From an uncultured virus (IMG/VR IMGVR_UViG_3300002097_000869) (Duplodnaviria > Heunggongvirae > Uroviricota > Caudoviricetes), in the IMG/VR virus record IMGVR_UViG_3300002097_000869, positions 1-64,000 of that record: a DNA stretch of 64,000 nucleotides; one strand, 5' to 3'. Shown here piece after piece: positions 1-10,535 of the stretch. The notes below the pieces were generated by a model. It searched no databases. It was not told the origin of the DNA and saw nothing but the letters and a program-made list of their open reading frames with translations. The position numbers and the translations under genes are program-made. Each line of letters starts with the position of its first letter. The first letter of the stretch is position 1.

Positions 1-1
1 G

Positions 2-1510
2 GGGGGTCTTATAAGCACGGCTTATATAACGGGTAATTTTGATGCTTCTTTATATAACGAAGTAGCGACCTTGTCGGGTTCCGGTTTTTATGGTTTTTCG
101 TTAATAGATAAAGATAGTAATAATATGTATGGCGGTGTATTTTTAGCTAGTAATTGGGGGGCAGGGTTCAGTGGGTCTGTTGTCGGTGTGGGTGTTAGTG
201 CGTTAGTAAACGTTGTTAGTTCCTATGTTAATTTTAGTAGTCTTAGCATTGATCCCTATGTGTTAGTAGAAGGAGACCATAAACATACTTTAGAGTATAG
301 CTCTTCCTTGTGGTATTATACTAGGGAAAGCTTAACTCCGTCAGGTGTTTTATGGGATGTTTCTGATGTTAATGTTGGCTCTGGTCCAGGTGTGTTGTTG
401 GACGGCATGAGCGTGTCCTTGGAAACGTCAGCTATGCCTCCGGATGGTAGCCACATTAGTTTTATTACGCATAAGAGCACGGCCTCTGGGTTGAGTAGTT
501 CTACGGTTATGTTGTCTAGTAGCTATGACAGTCTATTGGGGCAGATTATTTTTAGTTTTGATGATGGGTTCGTAAGCTCTGTTCTGGTTTCAGAGATATA
601 CGGGAAGAATTTTAAAATAGGTATTTTTGGAAGTAATAGCAACTTTACTACTGTTAGTTCTACTCTATTTGAGTCTTCTGGGAGTGTTATATGGACCATA
701 CCTTGTTTTGAGGTTGTTGCTATTAATGCTGAGGGTAGTGTTACAGATGTTCCTGATGTTACTTCTGGGCGAGGTTTAGCAATATCTGCCTTGGATCTTG
801 TGCAAGACCCTGTGGCCTCTTTTGGTGACTATTATAATAAGGTGTCCATAGCAACAAACGGCTTAAGAAAAGACTCTGGTGGGGCATTGTTTCTAAGGAT
901 TAATTCAGATATTTATAGGTATGAGAAATCAGATCTCCCAATAATATTACCAGAGGAAGGGTCTACAGCTTCTGTTGTTGTCTCTGGTACTTTGCCATCT
1001 ATCGAACTACGACATTTTAGTTATGACGACTATGTTAATGGTGGTCTTAGTTATGGGTATGAGGATAGTCGTGGTGTTTTTATCACGACTGTTTCTTCCT
1101 CGTCTTTATTGGAAACTGGGTATGAGGCGGAGTTAGATTTATTGGCCTGCTCTGTTCCTTTAGCTAGGGATCCTGTAGACTATTCTGTCTTATATACACT
1201 GGTAGGGAATAGTGTATATGTATTTAATTCAGATGATACGTCTGTTGCTTTTTGTAATGTGATATCTAGTGAACCTGTGTTGCCGGCCAATTCAAACTAT
1301 AGCTCGCTTATTACAGCGCAGGTTACAAACTTGTATGGAGATCCTTTGGCTAATAAAACAGTTAATTTTTCTATAACTTCTGGGGCTGGCTCATTAAATA
1401 CGGCCTCTTCTTGTACAACGAGTAGTGGTGTTGCTACCACCGTGTTTGTAGCTGGGCCCGTTGAGGGTACCTCTGTTGTTACGGCTACAGCAACAAATAC
1501 TGCTTGTTAA
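2..1510 (+). CDS. Putative virion protein with C-terminal Big-1 (invasin/intimin-type Ig) domain; 5'-truncated by the window edge; paralog of the next gene
   Basis: Frame is open from position 2 (GGLISTAYITGNFDAS), matching GRIITNYYLSGDFTSS in 1522-4176. C-terminus ITAQVTNLYGDPLANKTVNFS...GVATTVF...VVTATA is a Big-1 signature. Confidence 0.6.
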   Translation, partial: GGLISTAYITGNFDASLYNEVATLSGSGFYGFSLIDKDSNNMYGGVFLASNWGAGFSGSVVGVGVSALVNVVSSYVNFSSLSIDPYVLVEGDHKHTLEYSSSLWYYTRESLTPSGVLWDVSDVNVGSGPGVLLDGMSVSLETSAMPPDGSHISFITHKSTASGLSSSTVMLSSSYDSLLGQIIFSFDDGFVSSVLVSEIYGKNFKIGIFGSNSNFTTVSSTLFESSGSVIWTIPCFEVVAINAEGSVTDVPDVTSGRGLAISALDLVQDPVASFGDYYNKVSIATNGLRKDSGGALFLRINSDIYRYEKSDLPIILPEEGSTASVVVSGTLPSIELRHFSYDDYVNGGLSYGYEDSRGVFITTVSSSSLLETGYEAELDLLACSVPLARDPVDYSVLYTLVGNSVYVFNSDDTSVAFCNVISSEPVLPANSNYSSLITAQVTNLYGDPLANKTVNFSITSGAGSLNTASSCTTSSGVATTVFVAGPVEGTSVVTATATNTAC

Positions 1511-1521
1511 GGGTGTAATAT

Positions 1522-4176
1522 ATGGTTACAGTTCAGCCTGGTAAAGTACCTACGTATACTTCTAGCCCCAATGTACAATTAGAGGACTATGAAGACTCTG
1601 ATCGTACTAGGTTTGTTTTTAATGGGAGTCAGTATGTTAAAGCTTCCTTAGTTTCTTCTAAGCCGTCTTTTGCTTATGTTGGGTATAACAATTCTTCTTC
1701 ATATGTAATGTTTTATACAGAATATAAGGATTCTTCTGGTAAGTATGCTCTTGTTAATGGCGAATACTATATACCCGAAGCTACGGGGCTACCTTCGTCT
1801 AGCTACTCTAATGTTATTTTAGTAGGATTTCCCACACAAATAAGTACGTCTGAAATAACTCTGTGGGGTATTTCTATGTTGGGTTTTTATGAGAATTTAA
1901 CAGTTTCATATAGTTATGATGGGGACTTCTTTTTCGATATCGCTGGGTCCTCTGTTGTTTTTGGGTACGATGCTGATAAACAGCGCAGAGTGGATGAGTC
2001 TCCCCCCACAGGACTTTACTATTTTACAATTACGTTGGGGGCTACCTATACTGCTAGGTATTTTAGAGTACAGGCGTATAAAAAGACGCTGCTAACTCAG
2101 ACAGTTCCGATTGGTGGGGCTGCTTCTCTTTTGGTAAATTCTACGGCAGGGTTTCCTACGACATGCCTTTCTGGAGGGGCAGTGTTTGTTGAAAGTGTTT
2201 CTGGAGATAATTACTATATTACATATACTGGTAAAACTGCTACAAGTTTTACTGGTGTTTCTTATGTAACCTCGCCATTATATGAGAGTACTGCTTCTGT
2301 GCACGGTGTTATATTTAAGGGAGACTTTGCCCATTTTTTAACAGAGACTGTGGTTGTTGGTTCTGCTGAACCGACATTAGAGTTTTGGGATACAGATGGT
2401 AGTAAAGCCACCACTAAAGTCCTAGATAAGATTGACTATTATGATATAGCCCATGATAGGGGGTATGATACGTATGTTTCCATAAGGTATAATGAGTCTT
2501 TGGATGGGTCTGGTGGGGTAGGTTTTTCACCTAGCGATGATTTTGATTATGCAACAGCGGCGTTAAATACTACTAGGTGGGCGGTTGGTACTGGTGAGCC
2601 AAATTTTCAGGTCAATACTTCTTCTGGTACTTTGGACTATCTTGTTCCTAATGATGAAGGTCGTATTATAACTAATTATTATTTATCCGGAGATTTTACA
2701 AGCTCCATAGACATAGGGTTTAATAACATAACCTCTAGCTTGGCTAGGTTAGAATTAAGAGCTGTGGATGATGATACAAATAATGTATTTGTACAAATGG
2801 GTGTCAGGGGATCTTGGTTATACGGGGGAGCAAAGGATGGTGTATGGGAAGCTTTGCAGGTTAGAAAAACGATTGATACCACAGGTGGAGATGCGAAAAT
2901 TAGAAATCTCAGAATAACTACTAGTGGTATGTCTTTTTCTGAGAAGTTTACTTTTGTTTATGACGCTGTTAATGAGGAGTGGGGTGTAAGTTCTGATGTT
3001 AGGGGTGACTTGTTATCATTATTACCGGGCAGTGATTATTTAGACGGCCCCTTGGCTATGAGTATAGCCCATTCCGACGATCCTGCAAATGGTGCACAGC
3101 TGGTTTTAGATGTAAATTTGCAACAAAATGCCCTTCCGTATTCTTCATGGCCTTGGGATTGGAGAATAAGTATAGACAGGGCCTCTAGTAGTATTATATG
3201 CAAGTATGATAGTGGCTCTGGTTTTGTTAATTGGGTTACTTATACCGATAGTGATCTACTAGATTTAAATCTTGAGTTGTACGCAGACGGTGCTTCACAG
3301 CCAATAGATGCTGTTTTTGATAACTTAGTTGTAACAGGGACAGACTTGTTTAGTGGTATTCCAGTTTTTTCTATAGAGACCGTGAATTCAAACGGGGTGA
3401 CGACGCAGGTAGCTGGCCTATCTGATATGGATGGTTATGTAGTTAAGAGGTTCGATGTTATAAATGATGTTCTTGAATATAATTCCTATATAGGAAATAG
3501 AGTACAGATAGCCACAGATAGTTTAACGGCTGTTCAGGGAGGGAGTTTATATATAAAGATCGGTAAGAACATATATAAGTATTCAAAGTCTTTGTTACCT
3601 TTAGACCTTGAAGACGGGTCTTTAGCTACTAAATACATGGAAAACGTGGTTCCCGAGACTTCTGCCGTAGCCTTTTCTTACTCTTCTTATACAAATGGTG
3701 CTTTAGCCTATGTAGAGTATGATAGTGAAAGAGAGGGCACGTATATAAAAACAGTCGGTACAACTACATGCAGTGGAACTTCCTATGAAGCATTATTAGA
3801 TGTGGCTTCTTCGGATTTTCCTTGGGCGTGGGACCAAAATAACTATACAACACTCTATTATGTTGATGCTTCTGACAATATTAAGTTTTATGACATGGAT
3901 GCTAGGGATGTAGCTTTTTGTAACGTCGTTTCTTCAGAAAAAATAATGTCTGCAGGTACGGGCTCGTTATCTTCTATAAATGCTACTGTCTTGAACGTGT
4001 ATGGGGAACCTTTACAGTCTAAAACAGTTACGTTTAGTGTGTCAGCTGGTGATGGAGCTGTTCCTTCTAGTACGTTCTGTACTAATGCTTCTGGTATTGC
4101 TAGTACTATCTACACTGTAGGTAACACTGTTGGTATAGTTACAATAACAGCAACAGCCTCTGATGTATCTTGTTAG
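1522..4176 (+). CDS. Putative virion protein with C-terminal Big-1 Ig-like domain (884 aa)
   Basis: C-terminus INATVLNVYGEPLQSKTVTFSVSAGDG...GIASTIYT...TITATA. The C-terminal half aligns by eye with the upstream gene (IAT...GGxLxxxIxxxIYxYxKSxLP; VAFCNVxSSE). Confidence 0.65.
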   Translation: MVTVQPGKVPTYTSSPNVQLEDYEDSDRTRFVFNGSQYVKASLVSSKPSFAYVGYNNSSSYVMFYTEYKDSSGKYALVNGEYYIPEATGLPSSSYSNVILVGFPTQISTSEITLWGISMLGFYENLTVSYSYDGDFFFDIAGSSVVFGYDADKQRRVDESPPTGLYYFTITLGATYTARYFRVQAYKKTLLTQTVPIGGAASLLVNSTAGFPTTCLSGGAVFVESVSGDNYYITYTGKTATSFTGVSYVTSPLYESTASVHGVIFKGDFAHFLTETVVVGSAEPTLEFWDTDGSKATTKVLDKIDYYDIAHDRGYDTYVSIRYNESLDGSGGVGFSPSDDFDYATAALNTTRWAVGTGEPNFQVNTSSGTLDYLVPNDEGRIITNYYLSGDFTSSIDIGFNNITSSLARLELRAVDDDTNNVFVQMGVRGSWLYGGAKDGVWEALQVRKTIDTTGGDAKIRNLRITTSGMSFSEKFTFVYDAVNEEWGVSSDVRGDLLSLLPGSDYLDGPLAMSIAHSDDPANGAQLVLDVNLQQNALPYSSWPWDWRISIDRASSSIICKYDSGSGFVNWVTYTDSDLLDLNLELYADGASQPIDAVFDNLVVTGTDLFSGIPVFSIETVNSNGVTTQVAGLSDMDGYVVKRFDVINDVLEYNSYIGNRVQIATDSLTAVQGGSLYIKIGKNIYKYSKSLLPLDLEDGSLATKYMENVVPETSAVAFSYSSYTNGALAYVEYDSEREGTYIKTVGTTTCSGTSYEALLDVASSDFPWAWDQNNYTTLYYVDASDNIKFYDMDARDVAFCNVVSSEKIMSAGTGSLSSINATVLNVYGEPLQSKTVTFSVSAGDGAVPSSTFCTNASGIASTIYTVGNTVGIVTITATASDVSC

Positions 4177-4184
4177 GAGTTTAA

Positions 4185-6698
4185 ATGCGCTGGAAAGAGG
4201 GTGGAATAAACTATGCCTCTGGTAGTTTTAGTATTCCCGGGAGTAGCGTTCGGGTGTGTGCCTATGATAATGGCACACAGGTGTGTGATAAAGGACACAA
4301 AATAACAACACCAGGACAGTGTTATTCTCAAAGCATAGGAACTATAATAAGTACAGACCCTACGTTTCAGCCTACTTACCCTATATGTTTGGTAGATTAT
4401 ATGGGTCTTATTAATAGTTCGGGTTTTATATTTAATAGACAGTATGGTATTTCTAGCACTTTTAATATAAGTACTTTAGATGTTGTTTTGTCTGCCTATA
4501 GCTTGGTGTTGTCTTCATTATATACAGAGAAAGAAGAGTATTTAGTTGTAAAAAGTATATATAAGTTGTTTGATTCTTTAGGTATTAGGGTTTGGTCAGA
4601 TAGTATAACAGACAGTTATTCAGCCTATTTATCTGATTATTATATGGTTGGTACTTTTAAGCTTTTATTGTTGAATAGTGGCTACATTCTCAGAGCTATA
4701 AATGCCTTTTCTGAGTTGTACCAGTATGATGTGTATGGTAGTGTTTCCTTACTTATGCCCTATTATTTTTTCCCTAAGATTACTAGGCAGGTAAATTTAG
4801 TAGTAATAGATGATATTACTGGTAGTTTTTCTGAGGTTGAGTCTTTATTTAAGTTGAGTGTAGAAAATTCTTCCGGCGGGGAAAATGAAAATCCTACAGA
4901 TATATGTGTAGGAGACTTAACAAAACCATCTCTAGAAAACATTCTACCTATACCAGGTTCTGTACTAAGACCAAATACTTCCTCTATATCATTTACTATA
5001 ATAGATGCTATAGGGGGTGTTGATAGGTCTTCATTATACATAACTATAAGTGGAAGTATAACAGCCCAAGCAGGTGGTAGTTCTATTATTGAGGCGGGTG
5101 TTATTCAAACTCCCCTGTATGCTTTTTTGGACGGGGATGAGAATAGTTATGAATTTACCTATAACCCACCCTTTTTGTGGGCTGATAATGAAACAGTTTC
5201 TATAGCAGCTCATGGTTCTGATAAACTGCCTTTAGACGCAGAAGATGAAGAATTTATATGTGGTGGTCTTTCTACGAATAGCTTTGATGAGGCTTGGTCT
5301 TTTAATGTTGCTGGTATAAAGGAACTTACTTGTTCTATAGTTGGGTTGGCGGATTCAGAACCTCCGTACATTGATTCTATATATCCTGTTCCTTTTTATG
5401 CTTATGCAAGATATGACGATGATATAACTTTTAACATAAAAGATGACCATGCCGGAGTTGATTTAAGTACTCTTTATGTCTATATAAATAATATTCCTGT
5501 TATTAGTGCTGGTGTGATTAATTCTGGTAATGTTTTTTTGGCCGGCGAAAAAAATTCATATCAATTTACATGGTCTAATACAGTAGGATTTATATATGGT
5601 GATAGAGTAGAAGTACATATAGTAGTTTCAGACTTATATGCTGTTTTACCAAATATGTTAGACACAACTTATTATTTTGATGTAGTTGATGATTCTTCTC
5701 TGCAGTTCTTAAATTTTTTGCCGGCGGTAGGAATAACACCTGACCTAGAAAATGTAAATATTGAAATAGATATTATAGATTCTCTTTACAATATTGATCA
5801 AAACAACTTATATATAAGTATGAACCAAGAAGTTGTAGATAGTACCAAGACAAATATACAAGGTAATAGAAATTTAACTACTACATATTCTGGTTTAACA
5901 GCAATATCAGGTACTTGGATACATGATGCAGAAGTACTAGGCAGTATAATTACAAATACAACAGTTTCTGGTTCTTATATTATAGGAGGTAGTATAGAAT
6001 ATGGAAGTTCCATTTCTGGTTTTATGGGCTCTTTTCCTGCTCCTTTCGACTTAACTCCTTCCGGTATGATTATTTCCGCTGATTTATATGAAGGAATTGT
6101 AGTTTCGGGGACACTGGAAACTGTTCTTGTTAGTGGCACTAACTGGGATGGCAAATATGAGAATTCAACTATTACTGATGTTAGTTTATCTGGGTTTTAT
6201 TGTAGCAGCGTTTCTTCTTATAATACGATAATAAGTGGTACTATTGGCTACCATTTAGAGTATCACCCAGTAAATGACTTTGCTTATGATAGACCAATAG
6301 ATATACTTATACATGCAGAAAATTTAAATTCCATTTCACCGGTTGTTCGTGAAAGGATTTATAGGTTGTTTTATGGTTATAATGTAAAGACATTTAATAC
6401 TAAGTTCAATAATAATGATAGAATAGTTGTTTATCTAGAAGCTTTAAATACATCAAATTTTTCGGCGGCGCTAAAAAATTCATATTACTTCAACACGAAA
6501 GAAAAAAGTATTTCTAATATATATGCTTCTATAAATATAGTAGAACCATGGTTAAATATAACAGCCGATATACAACCACAAGCACCCGTACACAGGTACG
6601 GAGAAACAATAACTGTAGTACTATACGCACAAGACGTACAAGGTAATGTATTGGGGCCGTATACCTTTTCATATACGATAGAAGATGCCCCAGAATAA
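4185..6698 (+). CDS. Putative virion protein with tandem Ig-like repeats and an SG-rich segment (837 aa)
   Basis: Three related units: ISFTIIDAIGGVDRSSLYITI, ITFNIKDDHAGVDLSTLYVYI, IEIDIIDSLYNIDQNNLYISM. Located in a structural-gene block. Confidence 0.55.
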   Translation: MRWKEGGINYASGSFSIPGSSVRVCAYDNGTQVCDKGHKITTPGQCYSQSIGTIISTDPTFQPTYPICLVDYMGLINSSGFIFNRQYGISSTFNISTLDVVLSAYSLVLSSLYTEKEEYLVVKSIYKLFDSLGIRVWSDSITDSYSAYLSDYYMVGTFKLLLLNSGYILRAINAFSELYQYDVYGSVSLLMPYYFFPKITRQVNLVVIDDITGSFSEVESLFKLSVENSSGGENENPTDICVGDLTKPSLENILPIPGSVLRPNTSSISFTIIDAIGGVDRSSLYITISGSITAQAGGSSIIEAGVIQTPLYAFLDGDENSYEFTYNPPFLWADNETVSIAAHGSDKLPLDAEDEEFICGGLSTNSFDEAWSFNVAGIKELTCSIVGLADSEPPYIDSIYPVPFYAYARYDDDITFNIKDDHAGVDLSTLYVYINNIPVISAGVINSGNVFLAGEKNSYQFTWSNTVGFIYGDRVEVHIVVSDLYAVLPNMLDTTYYFDVVDDSSLQFLNFLPAVGITPDLENVNIEIDIIDSLYNIDQNNLYISMNQEVVDSTKTNIQGNRNLTTTYSGLTAISGTWIHDAEVLGSIITNTTVSGSYIIGGSIEYGSSISGFMGSFPAPFDLTPSGMIISADLYEGIVVSGTLETVLVSGTNWDGKYENSTITDVSLSGFYCSSVSSYNTIISGTIGYHLEYHPVNDFAYDRPIDILIHAENLNSISPVVRERIYRLFYGYNVKTFNTKFNNNDRIVVYLEALNTSNFSAALKNSYYFNTKEKSISNIYASINIVEPWLNITADIQPQAPVHRYGETITVVLYAQDVQGNVLGPYTFSYTIEDAPE

Positions 6699-6716
6699 TA
6701 AGAGGAGGATGAATAT

Positions 6717-8288
6717 ATGACGGCAACGAGTAGATGGGTGAGGTTTCCGATTGCGGGAGCTACCTATGTATCATCGGCCAACATAGGACAAAGGGGTCTA
6801 GTAGTGGGTACGGGATCTACTTCCGATACCTTTACTATTGGGGCATCTAATAACCAAATAAGGGTTAATTTGGATGGCATTGGTGCTCAAGAGATTACTC
6901 TTACCTCTGGTACTGATTTAGATCCTAGGTTTGTTGCAAAAGATATACAGAGGAAGCTTCAGGTATTAAGTTCTCTAGGTAATGCATATAAATATGCAGA
7001 CGCTGAATTTTCTAACCTACTTTCTGGGGACGGCGAGAGTCATTATGTAATTAGGTCTGGTACGAGCGGGGCTAGTAGCTCTGTAGCTATTACCGATGGT
7101 ACAAATAATGCCAGGTCAACCCTTGGTTTGAATACTACTACCACAAAAGCCGGTGATGTCTATCATACAGACTACAATAGGGCCGCGACCAATAGCAATA
7201 CCTATGCTGGTACGGCTACTTCTAGTGGTACATATGGTGGGTTGCTTGACGAAGAATACCATGTAGCTTGTACTAATGCAGCTTTAATGGCAATAACTCC
7301 CGGGGGCGGAAATGTTTATGCTGGCACTGCCTATGTAACAGGTGACTGGAACCATAGTCTGGGTTCTACTTATACCGTTACGATTGATGCTTCTGGTGGA
7401 AAAGAGGTTATGAATGCTGGAACGGGAAGTGTTCCTACGTTTACGGCTACGGATGCTGGTGCTGCCGGCGATAATGTTGCAGTGGCTCAGGAACTTCTTT
7501 TCTCAGACGAGTGGTATTATTTAGGGACTTATGGTGCTAGGATTAAGTTTACGGACGCCCAATTTGGAAATGGTGATACTTTCACTATAACTTGTACTCC
7601 TGCGGCTGGGGGTAATGGTGCTGTAGGGGCTGCTACGGTGAGGTTCTATTCTGACCGTGGTGATAATTCTAGTGGGAACTTAACAACTAGTACTGATTAT
7701 GTAAGTATAGGTACTAAGGGTATTACCATGAAATGGACTTCAAGTGCACTAGCTGTTCAGGACGAATGGAGAATTATGTGTCGTGCTCCACATCCCGAAG
7801 CTTATGGTGTTACTAGTATGTCCTATGGAAATGTTACGGTTACAACCAACTCTCCTGTGAAAGTACACCAGTTTGAAATTATTTCTGGTGCTCGTATTCT
7901 TTCTAATGTTAAGTTTTCTCTATATAGCCATGGAACATTTAGTCATCATGATGCTGGGAACGCGGATACGCTTTTTCATTATGGTACCGTTGGCCCTGCT
8001 AATAGGGGTGATGGTTCTGGCCCTGTGGCTGATGCAGGTGTAGAGTGGGCTGCCAATATTTTAGCTACAGATATCTCTGTGGATAAGACGGGTGGTTCCA
8101 CTGGTTCTCCAACTAACCTGTGGGCATCTAAAGAAGACCTTGCTGTTGTTTCTGACGCAGATTCAGCAGAAACTATTGGAAATATTGGTCTTGCTTCCGA
8201 TGCTATATTTACTGGAATAAAATTAGGAAGCGCAGAAACGGGTAGTAATTCTGCCATATGTATGAGGGCCTACTTCGATTACTCATAG
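6717..8288 (+). CDS. Putative structural protein, Thr/Gly/Ala-rich (523 aa)
   Basis: Strong SD (AGGAGGA) upstream. Shares a module (TFTI..NN.I.V..DG....I.L.SG...AxDIxxKL...SG..SSV...LG) with 16117-21147. Confidence 0.55.
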   Translation: MTATSRWVRFPIAGATYVSSANIGQRGLVVGTGSTSDTFTIGASNNQIRVNLDGIGAQEITLTSGTDLDPRFVAKDIQRKLQVLSSLGNAYKYADAEFSNLLSGDGESHYVIRSGTSGASSSVAITDGTNNARSTLGLNTTTTKAGDVYHTDYNRAATNSNTYAGTATSSGTYGGLLDEEYHVACTNAALMAITPGGGNVYAGTAYVTGDWNHSLGSTYTVTIDASGGKEVMNAGTGSVPTFTATDAGAAGDNVAVAQELLFSDEWYYLGTYGARIKFTDAQFGNGDTFTITCTPAAGGNGAVGAATVRFYSDRGDNSSGNLTTSTDYVSIGTKGITMKWTSSALAVQDEWRIMCRAPHPEAYGVTSMSYGNVTVTTNSPVKVHQFEIISGARILSNVKFSLYSHGTFSHHDAGNADTLFHYGTVGPANRGDGSGPVADAGVEWAANILATDISVDKTGGSTGSPTNLWASKEDLAVVSDADSAETIGNIGLASDAIFTGIKLGSAETGSNSAICMRAYFDYS

Positions 8289-8296
8289 TATATTCT

Positions 8297-8326
8297 TTGA
8301 CTTTATTAGTAATGGGGCATTAAAAT
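8297..8326 (+). promoter_or_regulatory. Possible sigma70-type promoter for the nuclease gene
   Basis: TTGACT (8297-8302), 18-nt spacer, TAAAAT (8321-8326) in an AT-rich intergenic gap. Confidence 0.35.
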
Positions 8327-8432
8327 AATTATATTATGTTTCTTTTTTGATTTACAAATCATATGCTTCTTATTATATATAGGGTAAGAGTCGCTTGGGC
8401 TCATGACATTTATAGATAATAGGAGGCACAAG

Positions 8433-9569
8433 ATGTCAAATCTATGTGAGTGTGGCTGTGGAACAGAGGTACCAGGTGGAAGGTTTGTACATGGGCACAA
8501 CCGTAGGGGTAAGGCTAGTTTTACTTCTAACGGGCGCTGGTCTATGAAATATGATTGTTGTAGAGAGTGTGGTACCACAGAGTTAAAACATACTAGAGAC
8601 GGGTATTGTCGCAATTGTTATAGAAGAAAGGCTCGTTCTGGAGAGATAGTTATAAAGAGGGACTTAACAGGGGGTAAGTGGTCTAAAAAATATGATTGCT
8701 GTACTGAGTGTGGTACTACGGAGGTTAGATACAAGTCTAAGGGACGTTGTGAGCATTGTGTTGCTAAAAAACAGGTGAGGGATAGGGGGAAACGGAATCG
8801 TAATTTTGGAGGGTGGTCTTGGTATTATGATAGGTGTGTTAAATGTGGTACTAGTGAGATTCCACATGGCTCGAGGGGTTTGTGTATGCAATGTTATTCA
8901 GAATTGGGGCGTGAGGATAAAAAGGGGGACTTGGCCCGTTGTCCAGTTTGTGGGGTTGCCACTGTTAGGTTGGAGCAGCATTTGGCCATGAAGTCAAAGA
9001 GAAGTCTCGAACATAGGGGCCTATATAATAAACTTTATGATAGTGCTGTTGAGGCTTTTAGTAGTAGTCAAACGTCGAGGGAGGTTGCACTTTCCTTTGG
9101 TGTTAGTAAGAGAAGAATATTGGATATATGGCACGAAAATTTTACAAAAGAAGAGGTTGTTGCTAGGGGAGAGAAAATACGCATAAGTAAGATTTCGGGA
9201 GAAAACCATTATCTTTTTGGTACTCTTATTAGCTTTCCTTATTCTAGTATTATAAGGTTTGAGGATATTAAGGGGAAAGTTGTTTTTTTGCGGTCTTCTT
9301 GGGAAGAAAAATATGCTCGGTATTTAGATTCCCAGAGGGTTGAGTGGGAGTATGAAACATACAAATTTAAATATTATGACTCTGAGGGTTCCCCTCATTA
9401 CTATTTTCCTGATTTTTATTTGCCAGGTACAGGGGAGTTTGTTGAGGTTAAGGGTTATATGACAGATAAAGATCAGTACAAGATGGACGAGTGCAAACGT
9501 ATACACGGTATTAATATAAGGCTTATGCAAAAAGAAGATTTTAGAGTTATAGGCATAGTGGTATATTAG
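8433..9569 (+). CDS. Free-standing putative homing endonuclease: CxCGCG motif, three Cys-rich repeats, C2H2-like finger, HTH and C-terminal PD-(D/E)XK nuclease
   Basis: AGGAGG at 8421-8426 favours ATG 8433 over 8403. Motifs: CECGCG...FVHGHN; 3x WSxxYDxCxxCGTxExx(H/Y)xxxGxCxxC; RSSWE...WEYE...YFPDFYLP...FVEVKG. Confidence 0.7.
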   Translation: MSNLCECGCGTEVPGGRFVHGHNRRGKASFTSNGRWSMKYDCCRECGTTELKHTRDGYCRNCYRRKARSGEIVIKRDLTGGKWSKKYDCCTECGTTEVRYKSKGRCEHCVAKKQVRDRGKRNRNFGGWSWYYDRCVKCGTSEIPHGSRGLCMQCYSELGREDKKGDLARCPVCGVATVRLEQHLAMKSKRSLEHRGLYNKLYDSAVEAFSSSQTSREVALSFGVSKRRILDIWHENFTKEEVVARGEKIRISKISGENHYLFGTLISFPYSSIIRFEDIKGKVVFLRSSWEEKYARYLDSQRVEWEYETYKFKYYDSEGSPHYYFPDFYLPGTGEFVEVKGYMTDKDQYKMDECKRIHGINIRLMQKEDFRVIGIVVY

Positions 9570-9772
9570 TTTATGTTTTTGTATGTGTGATTTAATGCTT
9601 AAACCTAAATTATTAACCCAGAGTTGCATTTTAATTTTCGGTCTTGTTTTTTTCTTTGGGGACTATATAGGACATTACCTCTATTGTAGTATTATTTTAA
9701 GGGTTTTTTCTTTCGCCGAAAAATTTTGTGGGCGATAAAAAATCAAAATTAACTTAGGATAGGAAAAAACAA

Positions 9773-10132
9773 ATGGATGTAGCTATCATTGGACAAGTTA
9801 TCGCGGCTGTAATTGTAGCTTTGCTGGGATGGAAAGGTGGGGAAGTCGCAATTTTTCGCTATCGACATCGTAATGATGTAGAGGGCCCTGCGTCTGTTTT
9901 AGTGAGCTTGTGTGAAGAGAGGCATCGGGCAGTTGACCAACACATGTTAGAGCTTGTGAAGGCTACTGAGAATCTCTCCAATGAAATACGGAAGGTAGTT
10001 GAACTTCAACAGAATTTTTTATCTTTGGAGGGCCCACTAAATAGAATAAAAGAGGAGATTTTAGAGGAGGTAGAAGAAGAAGTGGGAAAGGCTATTTCAG
10101 TGCATGAGCAAATTCACCACAAAAGTATTTAA
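9773..10132 (+). CDS. Small protein with N-terminal transmembrane helix and coiled coil (holin-like topology; function uncertain)
   Basis: Hydrophobic N-terminus IIGQVIAAVIVALLGW followed by an E/L/K-rich helical region; SD-like AGGA upstream. Confidence 0.45.
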   Translation: MDVAIIGQVIAAVIVALLGWKGGEVAIFRYRHRNDVEGPASVLVSLCEERHRAVDQHMLELVKATENLSNEIRKVVELQQNFLSLEGPLNRIKEEILEEVEEEVGKAISVHEQIHHKSI

Positions 10133-10151
10133 TATATTTCTTTGATTAAAG

Positions 10152-10535
10152 GTGAGAGAATTTAAAATGAGAAACGCTACCCCCATAGGATTTTCTATAG
10201 ACGATAATATTATGAATTTACCTATCGGTTGGTTTTTAGTCTATAATGATGGAACAGTTATAACTGAAAACCAAGCTGATTGGAATAAGGTAAGTAAGTT
10301 TAATATAAAAACTTTGGGTTTAAAGTGGGGAGAAAAGTTTTGGACTATAAGTGGAAAGAGTTCTTATGTACAATTTAAAAGGGGGGCGGCTAGTTTTTCT
10401 CTCTCCGGAGATTTTTCTTCTGATATAGAATGTCTAGAACACTGTATAGGTTATTACGAAGGAAAAAGCAAAATAATTTATAGGGTTAATCACTATACTG
10501 GACAGATGAGGTTGGATGTCAAGGATGTAGATTAG
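10152..10535 (+). CDS. Hypothetical protein
   Basis: 127-aa ORF abutting the next gene; start could be ATG 10167. Confidence 0.55.
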   Translation: MREFKMRNATPIGFSIDDNIMNLPIGWFLVYNDGTVITENQADWNKVSKFNIKTLGLKWGEKFWTISGKSSYVQFKRGAASFSLSGDFSSDIECLEHCIGYYEGKSKIIYRVNHYTGQMRLDVKDVD

